A stretch of 64,000 bases of DNA, from positions 1 through 64,000 of the IMG/VR virus record IMGVR_UViG_3300032280_000659; one strand, given 5' to 3'. Below the pieces are notes generated by a model. That model worked only from the letters and a program-made list of their open reading frames with translations, ran no database searches and had not been told where the DNA came from. This DNA comes from a virus. Its lineage: Duplodnaviria > Caudoviricetes. The translations under genes and the position numbers were made by a program. The first letter of the stretch is position 1. Each line of letters begins with the position of its first letter. Shown here piece by piece: positions 1 through 10,486 of the stretch.

Positions 1-504
1 ACCCTGCGCTACCGTTGAGGCTATGGTTAAAACATCTTGAGCAGCATCGTATGCTAGAGTTATTTGTGCTCCAGCTCTTAGTTCGGTTGTCGTAGTAAGA
101 TCACCAGTGATGCCTTGACTACCAGATACACCCTGAATTCCCTGAGTACCCTGAATACTACTCACAGCATTGAATGCTCTTGTAACAAATTGAGTACTAG
201 CTATTTGATTAGTGTTTGTTCCACTAGTAGCTGTAGGAACAGAAGGAATACCAGTAAGCGTTGGACTATCTATAGGAGCATAAGTACTACTAATTAATGA
301 GTTAACGCTAGTATTAAAATCAGTAATATTACTAGAAGTTAAATTAATACTAGATAAACTATTCCAAGCTGTGGTACCATTACCTATTTTAAATACTTTA
401 TTAGTTACATCATAACCCAGCTCTCCGCTGTCTAGAACTGGGTTCTGTGTTGACCACTCTGTAGCCGTTCCTTTACGAACTGTTATATTTGTAATCCTTG
501 GCAT
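1..504 (-). CDS. Tail fibre/virion protein, partial (runs off left edge); Mtd_N-like N-terminus and short collagen-like GxQ repeats
   Basis: Manual translation from ATG at 504: MPRITNITVRKGTATEWSTQNPVLDSGELGYDVTNKVFKIGNG...QGTQGIQGVSGSQG. N-terminus is paralogous to the 541..2178 product. Absent from the ORF track because there is no stop in the window. Confidence 0.75.
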   Translation of the reverse strand, partial: MPRITNITVRKGTATEWSTQNPVLDSGELGYDVTNKVFKIGNGTTAWNSLSSINLTSSNITDFNTSVNSLISSTYAPIDSPTLTGIPSVPTATSGTNTNQIASTQFVTRAFNAVSSIQGTQGIQGVSGSQGITGDLTTTTELRAGAQITLAYDAAQDVLTIASTVAQG

Positions 505-540
505 AATTTAACCTAAAGTAAATTTATATCTCTAATAATA

Positions 541-2178
541 TCAAGGAGTTCCTCCGTCTACGCTTGAGATAGTAATATTTGTAGTGCCATCAAATGATGT
601 TCCATTAATAGTTCTTGCTGTGGCTAGTTTGGTGGCACTACTAGCATTCCCCGTTAGAGCGCCAGTAAATGTTGTTGCTGTAACACTAGTTAATCCAGCC
701 AATGTAGTAGCTGATGAACCAAGACTAATGCTTGTTGAACCAACTGTAACAGCAGAGTTAGCTAATTGAGCGTTATCAACACCACCAGACTTAATAGTTA
801 CTGCACCAGATGTTACACTAAAATCTCCACTATCAAAACTAGCTATACCTTTTACACTTGTAGAAGCATCTTGTGTAGCTGCTGTTACTATGCCTGTTAC
901 TCGGCCATAACTATCCCTAGTAACAGATTGTACAAATGTTACGCCAGCAGTACCCGAAGAATCTGACTGATTTATTGTAGCTAGATCTATACTATCTGCA
1001 TTTACAACAATTCTGTTACTATTAGCTGTTGCAATATCAATAGTATTACCGCTTTTTGTTAAACCTGCACCAGCAGTAATCTGACCAGCTCCTGAGAATT
1101 GAGCAAATACTAAGGCTGTTGTTCCAAGAGTTATGGTATCATTGGTAGTTAATACCCAACCACTATCAGCATTAGCCGTGCCTTCTGCAACAAATGTGAA
1201 CATGCCAGCTGTTACTTCTGCACTAATGTCGGCATCAGTAGCCCTACTCCAAGCTCCAGCAGCCACAACATAAATACCGTTTTGATTACCTGTACTTTGG
1301 TCTTTAACTAAAACTCTATCTCCAGCTATTACGGACACTCCATCAATAGTTTGTGTACCAGATAGAGTAATATTAGCTGTAGTAGCCACTCTAACACTTT
1401 GTTTAATATCTAAACCAGATCTAGCAGCATCAACATACGCTTTAGTTGCCGCGTCTGCATCATCGGTAGGGGTTGCTAGATTAGTAATTTTTTGACTATT
1501 TAAAGATACCGAAGCTGAAGGATTAGCCATTTGATCAAGTCGAGATGTTCTGACTTGAGTATCAAAATCATTAATATTACTAGCCACTAATCCAGAGCCG
1601 CTAACTGTTAAGTTTCCGCTCACAGCTACAGTATTAAAAGTTGGACTATCTGAGAACACCAAAGAACCAGTACCTGTTTCGTCACTAACCAGAGTTCTTA
1701 AATTAGCACTAGAAGGTGTTCCTAAAAAAGTTTGAGCATTACTAGATAGATCTGTAATATCAGCTAGCTGTATTGTTGGATCACTAAGCGATACAGTAAT
1801 TATACCTGATCCATCATTATAATTAACACTAATTCCACTACCAGCAGTTACCATAGATCCAACAACGTCTTGAACTCCCTCAGTATCTATAGTGGAAGCA
1901 GCATTAATTGTTAGCGTATTATTAACATCATTATATGATGTAGTAATATTTGTTCCACCAACAATTAAAGAAGATACTCTATCGTCTACTAGCTCATCAA
2001 GTTCTGATGGTAATATAGAAGCGAAACCTAAACTACCCCATAAGCTGGTTCCATCGCCTATTTTAAATTTCTTTAATGTTACATCGTACCCAACTTCGCC
2101 CATAGCTAATGGATTGTTAGATGCTGACCACTCAGCAGAAGTACCTCGTCTAAGTTGAATAGTAGTTAATGCTGGCAT
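541..2178 (-). CDS. Tail fibre/virion structural protein (Mtd_N-like N-terminus, tail-fibre repeat)
   Basis: IQLRRGTSAEW...GEVGYD...FKIGDG N-terminus; KQSVRVATTANITLSGTQTIDGV..GDRVLVKDQ tail-fibre motif; Ser/Thr/Gly-rich. Confidence 0.75.
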   Translation of the reverse strand: MPALTTIQLRRGTSAEWSASNNPLAMGEVGYDVTLKKFKIGDGTSLWGSLGFASILPSELDELVDDRVSSLIVGGTNITTSYNDVNNTLTINAASTIDTEGVQDVVGSMVTAGSGISVNYNDGSGIITVSLSDPTIQLADITDLSSNAQTFLGTPSSANLRTLVSDETGTGSLVFSDSPTFNTVAVSGNLTVSGSGLVASNINDFDTQVRTSRLDQMANPSASVSLNSQKITNLATPTDDADAATKAYVDAARSGLDIKQSVRVATTANITLSGTQTIDGVSVIAGDRVLVKDQSTGNQNGIYVVAAGAWSRATDADISAEVTAGMFTFVAEGTANADSGWVLTTNDTITLGTTALVFAQFSGAGQITAGAGLTKSGNTIDIATANSNRIVVNADSIDLATINQSDSSGTAGVTFVQSVTRDSYGRVTGIVTAATQDASTSVKGIASFDSGDFSVTSGAVTIKSGGVDNAQLANSAVTVGSTSISLGSSATTLAGLTSVTATTFTGALTGNASSATKLATARTINGTSFDGTTNITISSVDGGTP

Positions 2179-2195
2179 AGTTTTCTCCCTTTATT

Positions 2196-2549
2196 TTATG
2201 GTGTGCCACAGTCGAATGTATAAGAATCTAAATATTCATCAAGTCCATCTATTCTGGAAACGTGTAAATTACCAGCCAAACTTTCTAAAGTTAAATTATC
2301 TGGTAGAGCATATTGAACAATACCATTTGTATTAATAATTTCTAAATTATAGGTATCATATTTTTCTATAAGTATATTACCAAAATCAGATACTGAAACA
2401 ATATCAATAACAAAAACGCTATCTTGTTTATCCGAACTCTCTACTGTTGCTGTTGAATCTATAGAAGATATTACTCCAAATATAGAACTAGATTCTATAT
2501 CTAATATGAATTCAGAATTATTTACTATATCTATAATAAAATCATTCAT
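2196..2549 (-). CDS. Hypothetical virion-associated protein
   Basis: ORF in the late operon; likely start at 2549 overlaps the upstream stop; C-terminal DCGTP resembles the neighbour's DGGTP. Confidence 0.5.
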   Translation of the reverse strand: MNDFIIDIVNNSEFILDIESSSIFGVISSIDSTATVESSDKQDSVFVIDIVSVSDFGNILIEKYDTYNLEIINTNGIVQYALPDNLTLESLAGNLHVSRIDGLDEYLDSYTFDCGTP

Positions 2550-2947
2550 GCGCAATCAATCTCAGATGTTACTTTACTATTTCTTTTTACTAAAGTGATG
2601 GTGCCATAAAGTAATCTAGAAATTTCTTTACCTCCGCCAACATATAAATCAGTATCAGATCTTAGCTCCAAGTCATATCTTGCTAAATTAAAATCGAATG
2701 TATTCGTTATAGATGCTGGTAGCATCAAAATAATTTGACCATTTACTCCGCCGATACTAAATTTGTATAAAGTGGGGTCAGTATTTTCTGTAGAAAAAAC
2801 CTGAGTTTGTCCAGTATTAGTGACCCACGTTAATCTTGCACAATATCCTGTTATATCTATCGGATTTTTGTTTTTATCTTTGTATGTAATAGCCAGCCTA
2901 AAAGACGTACCCTGCTCTATGGAAAAGTCATATTTAGTTGCTGCCAT
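2546..2947 (-). CDS. Ig-like baseplate/tail adaptor protein (BppU_N/LtfC-like)
   Basis: YDFSIEQGTSFRLAITYKD...PIDITGY..R...YDLEL...LLYGTITL pattern. Confidence 0.55.
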   Translation of the reverse strand: MAATKYDFSIEQGTSFRLAITYKDKNKNPIDITGYCARLTWVTNTGQTQVFSTENTDPTLYKFSIGGVNGQIILMLPASITNTFDFNLARYDLELRSDTDLYVGGGKEISRLLYGTITLVKRNSKVTSEIDCA

Positions 2948-2993
2948 AGTTATATCCAGTGGTTAATTATGAATAATAATAATATATACACCA

Positions 2994-3030
2994 TAAAAAA
3001 AGGCCGGCCAGAAGGCCAGCCTTTTCTTTT
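2994..3030. terminator. Intrinsic terminator downstream of the major capsid gene
   Basis: AAAAAAAGGCCGGCC-AGAA-GGCCAGCCTTTTCTTT: GC hairpin flanked by A/T tracts. Confidence 0.7.
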
Positions 3031-3056
3031 GGAACAATAAAACAACTTGATATAAA

Positions 3057-4061
3057 TCAAAGAGAACCGAGTAGAACTCTTCTGTTGTCTAGAACAGCAA
3101 AACCCTGCTCGCTCCAGCCGTAAAAGCCAGCTCTCTTTTGACGATGTAGTGTATCGTCTTCGAAGATTTGAACTTCAGCACGAACTGGCATAATGAAACT
3201 GTCTCTCTTGCGAAGGTCAAGACCAACAACAAGCTCAGTATCACCACCGGGTAATGTGCCACTCAATACATTATCATAGAATGCTTGATATTCTTGGCCT
3301 TCGCCAAGTTCGTCAAGATCATGTAGATTAACACCGAAAACTCTGTTAAGAGTACCATCAGCAGCAGTATAGATCTCACGACGAGTAATTTCGTCAACTT
3401 GATCAATACCCCAGTTTCTGATATCTTCCATGCCTTCTGGTGAAACATAAAGATCAGTGAGAATACCTCTGTTGTTACTAGCAGAGTTACCGCCACCGTT
3501 TCTACGCATAACTGTTTTCATTAAAGAAACTAGTCTCTTTGTAAACTGACCAGCATCAGCATCGCTATCATAAACTACGATGTTGCGATCAACACCAGCA
3601 GCAAGAAGTGTATGCCAACCGTCGTCATTCATCTTCTTAACAAATTGAGCCTCTAGGACTTCCATTGCACGACCAACAACGTCCCAACGAGCATCACGAG
3701 CATACTTTAGGAGGTAGTCGATTGAAGCACCGATGTCATAGGTTGGAACCATGACATAATCGCCTTCAACGTGACGCTCTGGAATATAGCCGTGGTTTGG
3801 AATTGTATATGCAACAAAGTCTTTCTCTGTACCAGGAGCTAAGAAGTCTAATGGGAATTCTGGAGTAGCACTTTGAGCAAGTTTAATTGGCTCAAATATG
3901 CCATTGAGAATATCGCCATTTAATAGCGCCTGACGTAGTGGAAGCTCTAGTGCTTTAGCAAACTCTCTGTTAGCTGCTAAAGATTTATCTTTCTCAGCAG
4001 AGCCTGATTGCACTAATAGTTCAGTAAGCTGTTCAGTGGGTTCGAATCTAGTATTTGCCAT
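3057..4061 (-). CDS. Major capsid protein (HK97-like fold, inferred)
   Basis: 334 aa; position downstream of protease/scaffold and decoration gene; C-terminal EDDTLHRQKRAGFYGWSEQGFAVLD typical of large-phage MCPs. Confidence 0.8.
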   Translation of the reverse strand: MANTRFEPTEQLTELLVQSGSAEKDKSLAANREFAKALELPLRQALLNGDILNGIFEPIKLAQSATPEFPLDFLAPGTEKDFVAYTIPNHGYIPERHVEGDYVMVPTYDIGASIDYLLKYARDARWDVVGRAMEVLEAQFVKKMNDDGWHTLLAAGVDRNIVVYDSDADAGQFTKRLVSLMKTVMRRNGGGNSASNNRGILTDLYVSPEGMEDIRNWGIDQVDEITRREIYTAADGTLNRVFGVNLHDLDELGEGQEYQAFYDNVLSGTLPGGDTELVVGLDLRKRDSFIMPVRAEVQIFEDDTLHRQKRAGFYGWSEQGFAVLDNRRVLLGSL

Positions 4062-4084
4062 TATATATTTCTCCTATTTCGGGT

Positions 4085-4549
4085 TCAGGTGATATTGATG
4101 TCTACTTTAACAAAACCTTCGGAATCTTTACTACTCAAGAAGGTGCCAACTCGTACACTATTGGTTGAAACGGTAGTAAATTTTCCGTCGGCGCCATAGT
4201 AAGCAGCATTGCCAGCAACTGGAGCTTGACCAGTAACAAGCATGTCTGTAGTTACCTGACCTCTGCGAAGAAGTGTAACTTTGCCGCCAACTTGCATCTC
4301 ATCTTTGTGCCAATTGATGTGTTGTCTTGTAAGATCAAGATTAACAACATCATTTAATAAAACGCCAGCTGGAACTGTACCAGATGGACTTCCGGCAGGA
4401 TACTCAACAACAGCATCAGCGTCGTCCATAGCGGAACCAACACCACCGCTGCTGAATACAACAACGCCGCCTCTATCACCGGTTGTATTCATGAAGTAGG
4501 AAATATCTGTGTAACTTTCGATACGATTTGGTTTTAAAGCCATGTTCAT
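4085..4549 (-). CDS. Capsid decoration/cement protein
   Basis: Small beta-rich protein between scaffold and MCP; GVLLNDVV...GGKVTLLRRG motif. Confidence 0.6.
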   Translation of the reverse strand: MNMALKPNRIESYTDISYFMNTTGDRGGVVVFSSGGVGSAMDDADAVVEYPAGSPSGTVPAGVLLNDVVNLDLTRQHINWHKDEMQVGGKVTLLRRGQVTTDMLVTGQAPVAGNAAYYGADGKFTTVSTNSVRVGTFLSSKDSEGFVKVDINIT

Positions 4550-5322
4550 TCTCCCTTATTAAATTGTGGTTTGCCTAGTCTAGAATATACAAAATCTATT
4601 AGTGATGCTCTAGTATTTTGTACTTCCGAGTCATCTTCACTACCAACACTGAGATCAACCCCTGGTTCAACTTCAGCATTCTCTAAAACATCTTCTGTAA
4701 CAGCTGAACCAGTTTTCTCTTCAGTAACCTCAGTGGTTGATTCAGTTGTTGCTTCGACAGCAGCAACTGGCTTAATCCACTCTGGCATATGAGAGAGTAC
4801 CAAAGATTTAATTGTAGCAAATGCCTCGTCATCTAGTGTTTCGAATTTACTTACAGTAGCTTCTGCAACAGAAGACTCTACACCAGCTTGAACAAGTTCA
4901 GTAACTCTACTCATAATTTTAGCCTGTTTGATCATTTCAGCTTCATTAGCCTTATATGCATTAATGACCTCGCTAGTGGCAGAAAGTTCGTTCTTAAGCG
5001 TTTCGATTTCTAAATCTTTAGCCTTAACCGCTTCGTCATGAATTGTCTGTAATGATTGTAGCTCATTAGTTTTAGTCTCTTCAGCAGAAGCAACATCATA
5101 CTGCATTTTATTCTTATATTCTTCTAAGAATTTATCTTTCTCTGCCATTTCCTTATCTTTCATTTCCATATCTTCTTGATATTTTTTCATGACTGATTCT
5201 GTTTGGAGCATTTTAGTCTCTAGCTCATTAATGCGACTGTATGCTTCTTTGACGATAGCTCCACAATCGCTCATGGCTTCAACTTTTTCTTTTAGTGATT
5301 CGATATCTTTTTCTAAACTCAT
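4546..5322 (-). CDS. Putative nested in-frame scaffold protein (258 aa)
   Basis: Internal ATG at 5322 with AGGAG RBS 9 nt upstream and a TAGTGTAT late-promoter-like motif at 5361-5368. Confidence 0.55.
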   Translation of the reverse strand: MSLEKDIESLKEKVEAMSDCGAIVKEAYSRINELETKMLQTESVMKKYQEDMEMKDKEMAEKDKFLEEYKNKMQYDVASAEETKTNELQSLQTIHDEAVKAKDLEIETLKNELSATSEVINAYKANEAEMIKQAKIMSRVTELVQAGVESSVAEATVSKFETLDDEAFATIKSLVLSHMPEWIKPVAAVEATTESTTEVTEEKTGSAVTEDVLENAEVEPGVDLSVGSEDDSEVQNTRASLIDFVYSRLGKPQFNKGE

Positions 5323-6159
5323 TTTATCGTTCTCCTGGTTAAGGGATTCTGTTAAATTAGATACACTATTATTATCAAAATGGACATTTTTTTTATTTAA
5401 AATTTTTCTGGTAATATCAGTTTCGAAAATAATACTATCAGGATTAGCTGGTTTATCCACAAATCCCTTTCCAGAAAAGTTAATATTCCTTAATACTCTA
5501 CCAATTTTATAATTATCGTATTCACCAATACCACCATATGCTCTAAGATGTTTTGTTAAGTAAGATGTATTATCATCTCTTCTTAATGTTTTATATTCTC
5601 CAGTACTCTTATTAAGAAGACCATAATCAAAACTATCAAAAAAACATTCCATACTAACATACTTTTGACCAGCCTCAATTTGTTGAACTAGGGTATCTGA
5701 TCTATTTTTTAATTCTGGCGACACAAAACTACGATATATCACAGATCCTGTTACGATATGAAATTTATCTGGTAAACTCTCTACATCAATAGTCTCTGAA
5801 ATAACATTTCCGTCAATATCAATAGGCCAGTTTGATATAATGTGTCCAACAATCTGATCTTCATCGTGTTCTAAATTAGTTGGCTTATCCTCTGGTGTAG
5901 ACCTAGCAGCCCAAACTTCTTTTTTATCAAAAATATCATCGTTTTTATTCCACGAAGAAGAAACTAAAATAGATTGAACATAATACAAATCCTCGTCTGT
6001 AAAATTACTAACTGTTTTTTGATACTCATTAGAATTAGCCCGAGCAAAATCAATATCATTTTTTGTGCAGTGTTGAGCTTCGACAGAGTATGCCAATGTT
6101 GTGTTGGCTAAAACTTTATCTGCTATACCATCATGATATTCGTGTTTATAGATATGCAT
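4546..6159 (-). CDS. Prohead protease-scaffold protein
   Basis: N-terminal NKNDD.F...KPTNLEH...IVGH...VSMEC...FSG.G.V..PA protease-like motifs; C-terminal acidic coiled coil. Confidence 0.75.
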   Translation of the reverse strand: MHIYKHEYHDGIADKVLANTTLAYSVEAQHCTKNDIDFARANSNEYQKTVSNFTDEDLYYVQSILVSSSWNKNDDIFDKKEVWAARSTPEDKPTNLEHDEDQIVGHIISNWPIDIDGNVISETIDVESLPDKFHIVTGSVIYRSFVSPELKNRSDTLVQQIEAGQKYVSMECFFDSFDYGLLNKSTGEYKTLRRDDNTSYLTKHLRAYGGIGEYDNYKIGRVLRNINFSGKGFVDKPANPDSIIFETDITRKILNKKNVHFDNNSVSNLTESLNQENDKMSLEKDIESLKEKVEAMSDCGAIVKEAYSRINELETKMLQTESVMKKYQEDMEMKDKEMAEKDKFLEEYKNKMQYDVASAEETKTNELQSLQTIHDEAVKAKDLEIETLKNELSATSEVINAYKANEAEMIKQAKIMSRVTELVQAGVESSVAEATVSKFETLDDEAFATIKSLVLSHMPEWIKPVAAVEATTESTTEVTEEKTGSAVTEDVLENAEVEPGVDLSVGSEDDSEVQNTRASLIDFVYSRLGKPQFNKGE

Positions 6160-6172
6160 AGTGTTTTATCTC

Positions 6173-8389
6173 TTAAATGTTATAAATACTCGAATAAAAT
6201 ATAGACTTAATTAATTTCTGTTCATCTAGAGTAATTGGTCTATTGAGATCGTTGGTAATTTGTTTTAACCAATATTCATACCCCGATATTAGTCTTTTGG
6301 CTTGGTTTTCTGATGCTTTAATATGATTGACTATTTTAGAGTCATCTATATTGCAGAATGGCTCTAGTGAGAATAGTACTTGTGTTTTTAGATTTTCCAA
6401 ATATTTTGACTCGTCGCTGGACAAAGATCTAAGATTTTTCTTCTTAAAAAATTCTAGAATTATTGGGTTAATAATAATACTAATTTTATCTTGGGCATCT
6501 TGAGCCCAGATATTTAGTGTGGCACCAGTGCGTGGTTTAAATTGTTTTGTTTTGCGCTTCTCAGTATCTTTTGAATTATTGGGCCTACCCTGCCCTGGAA
6601 CTCCAGGTAAAGATTCTGGCGAATCTTTTACCAACTTCGTTGTGGGAACACCAGAGGGAGGTGCTCCTAATGGCTTGGGAGCAGAGTCCATCTTAAGATC
6701 GTATAATGTTTTTTCTCCTTTTTTCTTTGGGTCTAATTCTAGTCCAACCTGACTAGGAGAAGCAACTCCTGTTTGTAGAACAATCTTTTTAAGACTATTT
6801 TCAAATTCTGGATCATGCCATGGTCCAGACTTGGGTGTTCTTCTTTCAGACGCTCTTTCTCTATCTTCACGATTAAGTCTTGTTTTCTCCATATCTGGGT
6901 CAAGACCAAACCTTGTCTGGATTAATTCGTCACTAATAAGATTTCTATCAGCTAACTGAATCAATAAGGCTTTTTCGCTATCTTCGTTACTAAGATCCAT
7001 TCTATCAAATTCTATTTTAGCTGGATATGTGAATCCCATAGCCTTTTGTACAATTTCGATTTCTTTCATCCAAAATTCCATCAATACTCTACGACCATAC
7101 TCAAGTCTTTGTGTTAATGTTTTTAAACTAATAAAATTGTTAGTTGTTCCGGCAGCGCCGTATGTTCCTGTTAATGTTGGAGGAATGCCAAGTCCAGCAT
7201 AAACACTATTTAAATGAGGGGTATACTTAGCCTCTCCAAGAAATTGATGAACTTGTGTTTTGCTCTCTATTAACTCAATATCTGGACCCCATATTAGATC
7301 CATTGTTCCTCCACCAACATTATTCTGTAATATACTAGATAGTTTGGAAGCAGCTGCTTTTGTTGGGGCAATTTTATGCTCAAGACTACCAAGCTTAAAG
7401 ATACGAATATTAGAGATAGCGCCATCAAGAGCAGCCAAGTCTGCAAGCTTAAGTTTTTCAATAATATTAATATCATCCATAATAGCATATATCATTGGAT
7501 ATGCCCAAATCTGCCAGTCATCTTTTTTGTAATGAAATACTAGAGTTTTCTCTGTATCCAAAACATATGATGTTTTGTTCTTAGCTGCTTCTAAAATATC
7601 AGGAGGTAGCTGAGAAATTATATTACGCTCTAAATCATTTTTTGGACTATTAATAGTTTTGCGTAATTGTCCTGGTAATGAAATTTCATAAATTCTTTTA
7701 CCAACAAATGAAGATAAACTATCTCCAATAACGTCAACATAGAAAGGATCAATAAAAGTATATTTCCATGGAATCTCTTTTTTCTCTATAATGATATCAT
7801 CATCAGATAGAACAATATCTGCTTTACCTGATGCTTTATATAGATTATCTGAGACTTTCTTACTAATTTTAGCTGTTTGTCTATTAATTACGACATTACC
7901 AACACGATAAACATTATTAAGAAATCTTTCTGATCTTTCTTGTCCTTTTACTTTTTGAAACCAGTTTCGATAGAATCTTTCGATTCTTTTATTTCTATGA
8001 ACCAATCTAATGCCCTGACTTGCAAAATCACCCATTAAATCGATAACGTTTTTTACTAATCCAACTCTTTGATATATAGTATCAGCGTTACGAATAATGT
8101 GTTTAATTTGGGTAGGTACTGATTCATTAGGTCTAAAATAGTCATAATCAGATCTTGTTAATCCTGGTCTGCTGGATGTATTTTCGACCAAGTTAGAAAA
8201 ATCCCTACTATAGCGAGCATATCCAGTGGTTCTGTGAATACCATCATATTCATCTAAAGACGCTGAAGCTTCGTGTAGTGCGCTTTGTTTGGAAGCTAAA
8301 TCGTCACCCCATGCAACATAAGCCTCGATTTGTTCAGCATTTGGGTTGGCATCAGGAATATTAGCATTTTTGGTACGTTTTTTAGCCAT
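6173..8389 (-). CDS. Portal protein
   Basis: 738 aa; adjacent to terminase; portal-like helical core with Pro/Lys-rich GRP-containing tail. Confidence 0.75.
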   Translation of the reverse strand: MAKKRTKNANIPDANPNAEQIEAYVAWGDDLASKQSALHEASASLDEYDGIHRTTGYARYSRDFSNLVENTSSRPGLTRSDYDYFRPNESVPTQIKHIIRNADTIYQRVGLVKNVIDLMGDFASQGIRLVHRNKRIERFYRNWFQKVKGQERSERFLNNVYRVGNVVINRQTAKISKKVSDNLYKASGKADIVLSDDDIIIEKKEIPWKYTFIDPFYVDVIGDSLSSFVGKRIYEISLPGQLRKTINSPKNDLERNIISQLPPDILEAAKNKTSYVLDTEKTLVFHYKKDDWQIWAYPMIYAIMDDINIIEKLKLADLAALDGAISNIRIFKLGSLEHKIAPTKAAASKLSSILQNNVGGGTMDLIWGPDIELIESKTQVHQFLGEAKYTPHLNSVYAGLGIPPTLTGTYGAAGTTNNFISLKTLTQRLEYGRRVLMEFWMKEIEIVQKAMGFTYPAKIEFDRMDLSNEDSEKALLIQLADRNLISDELIQTRFGLDPDMEKTRLNREDRERASERRTPKSGPWHDPEFENSLKKIVLQTGVASPSQVGLELDPKKKGEKTLYDLKMDSAPKPLGAPPSGVPTTKLVKDSPESLPGVPGQGRPNNSKDTEKRKTKQFKPRTGATLNIWAQDAQDKISIIINPIILEFFKKKNLRSLSSDESKYLENLKTQVLFSLEPFCNIDDSKIVNHIKASENQAKRLISGYEYWLKQITNDLNRPITLDEQKLIKSIFYSSIYNI

Positions 8390-8443
8390 AGTTGGATTGT
8401 ATTCCTATTGTAATGGAATTAGAATTTTATATATTATAATACA

Positions 8444-10486
8444 CTAATTCTTGTAAATACCAAGATAGATATCTTCATTAGCATTATTAGTAAACCATGA
8501 AGGCCCTCGGTATAATGTCTTATCCTTGCTAGGCATAGTGTCTCTAGTTGACCCAATTACATCATAAGTTAATGGACTATCTGATCTACTAATAGTTCTA
8601 GCAATAGTATTTGCAATTAATAATGCGCTATACCTATCTTTTCTTAGCCTCCCTCTTCTACCTCCGGAGCCCTTGACTTCGGGAGTGTCCCATCGCTCTC
8701 TCGCTCCAGAATTATTACTAGTTTGACTCATTACAATGGTTGTTAATTCGTTTTTAAGTTCTTCTATTTCTAGTATACATTCGCTAAGAGTGTCATATAT
8801 AGGACTGGTCATATCTGACTCAAGAATATCCTTAGATTCGTTAGCCAGTGCTAGTCCTATCGTTAGATTATCAAAAGATGGAAATAATAAAACCTTATCT
8901 TCAAAATCTTTTCTCAATCCATGATTGGCATGACTTGTCCATTCTGCTCTAGCAAATTGTATAAGTTCTAATATATGTAGTCCTGATTTGCTGTCTGTAT
9001 CTTTATCCTTGTTCTCATTGATGATAGGCCAGATAGGCAATTCGTCGGCATTAATTTTTGAAGTGTCGTGTAGAGCTTCTTCTATTGCTACGCCACCCCC
9101 CTGAGCGTCTAAGCCGATCCGTTCGCATGGGAATACTGTCATAAGATTTCTAATTTTTCTAGCACAAAAACCATAAAAATCGTTTTCGTTTACTAATCCA
9201 GTTTGTTGTCTTTGCTTAAAATTAGATCTATTAGTTGTCCAGCAATAAACTATTCTACTATGATTTGCGTGTAACTCTAATATAACTATACTAAAATTAT
9301 CTTGTTCACTCGCAGGGTCTATTCCATAAACGTATTTTTTGTCTGGATCACCAGATACTTTTGGATCAAAAACAATACTTTGATTATTAATAACAATTGG
9401 ACTTTTATTATTGGCTACACAGCTCTCTATTAAACTTCTACGAAAAAATCCACTACTATCTTTTGTAAAACATGCAGCATATTCCATATTATATATACCA
9501 CTATGAATAGTGGCTTTAGCTCTAGCAACCTGTCTATCGTCCATGAAGCCCTTAGGAATAAGTTCATAAGGCATTCTAACTATACTATAGTCTTTCCAGT
9601 TAAAATTAGAAGGAACTTCTCCTTTAAAAAGATCAGATAGTATTCTGTCACTACCACGACTATGAATAATTGCTTTATATCTCTCCCAATAAGAAGCAAA
9701 ATGTTTAAAAGAATAGTCGGCTGTACCAGCAATAATAGCTTGATTACTACGACGATATTGCAATTCTTCTAGCTCATCGGACCATATTCCCAGTTCTTTC
9801 ATGAGATCCTTTTTAGCTTCTGCCTTAACATTACCAATAGGATCAGCAGACACGGCAGCAAAACCTGAAACTACTGTTTCGTAAACTTCTGGGGATATAG
9901 AAGCAAATTCATCAGCAATAATAATGTGCGCCCTTAAGCCTCTAATCTTACTACCATCTCCAAGAGGAATAGCTATAGTCCAACTGTCACCATATCTCAT
10001 TGTACATCTATCAACGTCTCTTCTTGGACCATCATCATTACCATTAAAAATACTTCGTATTATAGAAGACTTTCTCCAAATAGTTTCCATATATTCAAAA
10101 ATAACTTTACTTTGTCTAAAAGCAGCACCTACAACAACAATTTTAGTACCTGGTACAAAAATACATTTAAGAGTACAATATAATGCTAATAAGAATGACT
10201 TACCAAAACCACGACTAGCAATGAACATTGGAAAAGGACGATCCCAAAATTCTTCTAATATTGCTAATTGAATTGGATGTAATTCAATGTCCATTAAAAG
10301 TCTAGCTGTCAAACTGAAGTTTGCTGGTGACTTCATTATCTTTAATAAATGCTGATCCGGATTCTCTATATCTTTTTGAGGCCTATGGATCATTAGATTA
10401 TCAGTAACTGTTATTTTACTGATATCGCCAAGCTTTAACCACGCATAATCTAATTCGCTAGAGTTTACCATAGGTATGCATCTCAT
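8444..10486 (-). CDS. terL: Terminase large subunit
   Basis: Walker A ASRGFGKS, IRGLRAHIIIADE Walker B, C-terminal RNase H-like YGIDPA...D...KDRYSA. Confidence 0.9.
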   Translation of the reverse strand: MRCIPMVNSSELDYAWLKLGDISKITVTDNLMIHRPQKDIENPDQHLLKIMKSPANFSLTARLLMDIELHPIQLAILEEFWDRPFPMFIASRGFGKSFLLALYCTLKCIFVPGTKIVVVGAAFRQSKVIFEYMETIWRKSSIIRSIFNGNDDGPRRDVDRCTMRYGDSWTIAIPLGDGSKIRGLRAHIIIADEFASISPEVYETVVSGFAAVSADPIGNVKAEAKKDLMKELGIWSDELEELQYRRSNQAIIAGTADYSFKHFASYWERYKAIIHSRGSDRILSDLFKGEVPSNFNWKDYSIVRMPYELIPKGFMDDRQVARAKATIHSGIYNMEYAACFTKDSSGFFRRSLIESCVANNKSPIVINNQSIVFDPKVSGDPDKKYVYGIDPASEQDNFSIVILELHANHSRIVYCWTTNRSNFKQRQQTGLVNENDFYGFCARKIRNLMTVFPCERIGLDAQGGGVAIEEALHDTSKINADELPIWPIINENKDKDTDSKSGLHILELIQFARAEWTSHANHGLRKDFEDKVLLFPSFDNLTIGLALANESKDILESDMTSPIYDTLSECILEIEELKNELTTIVMSQTSNNSGARERWDTPEVKGSGGRRGRLRKDRYSALLIANTIARTISRSDSPLTYDVIGSTRDTMPSKDKTLYRGPSWFTNNANEDIYLGIYKN

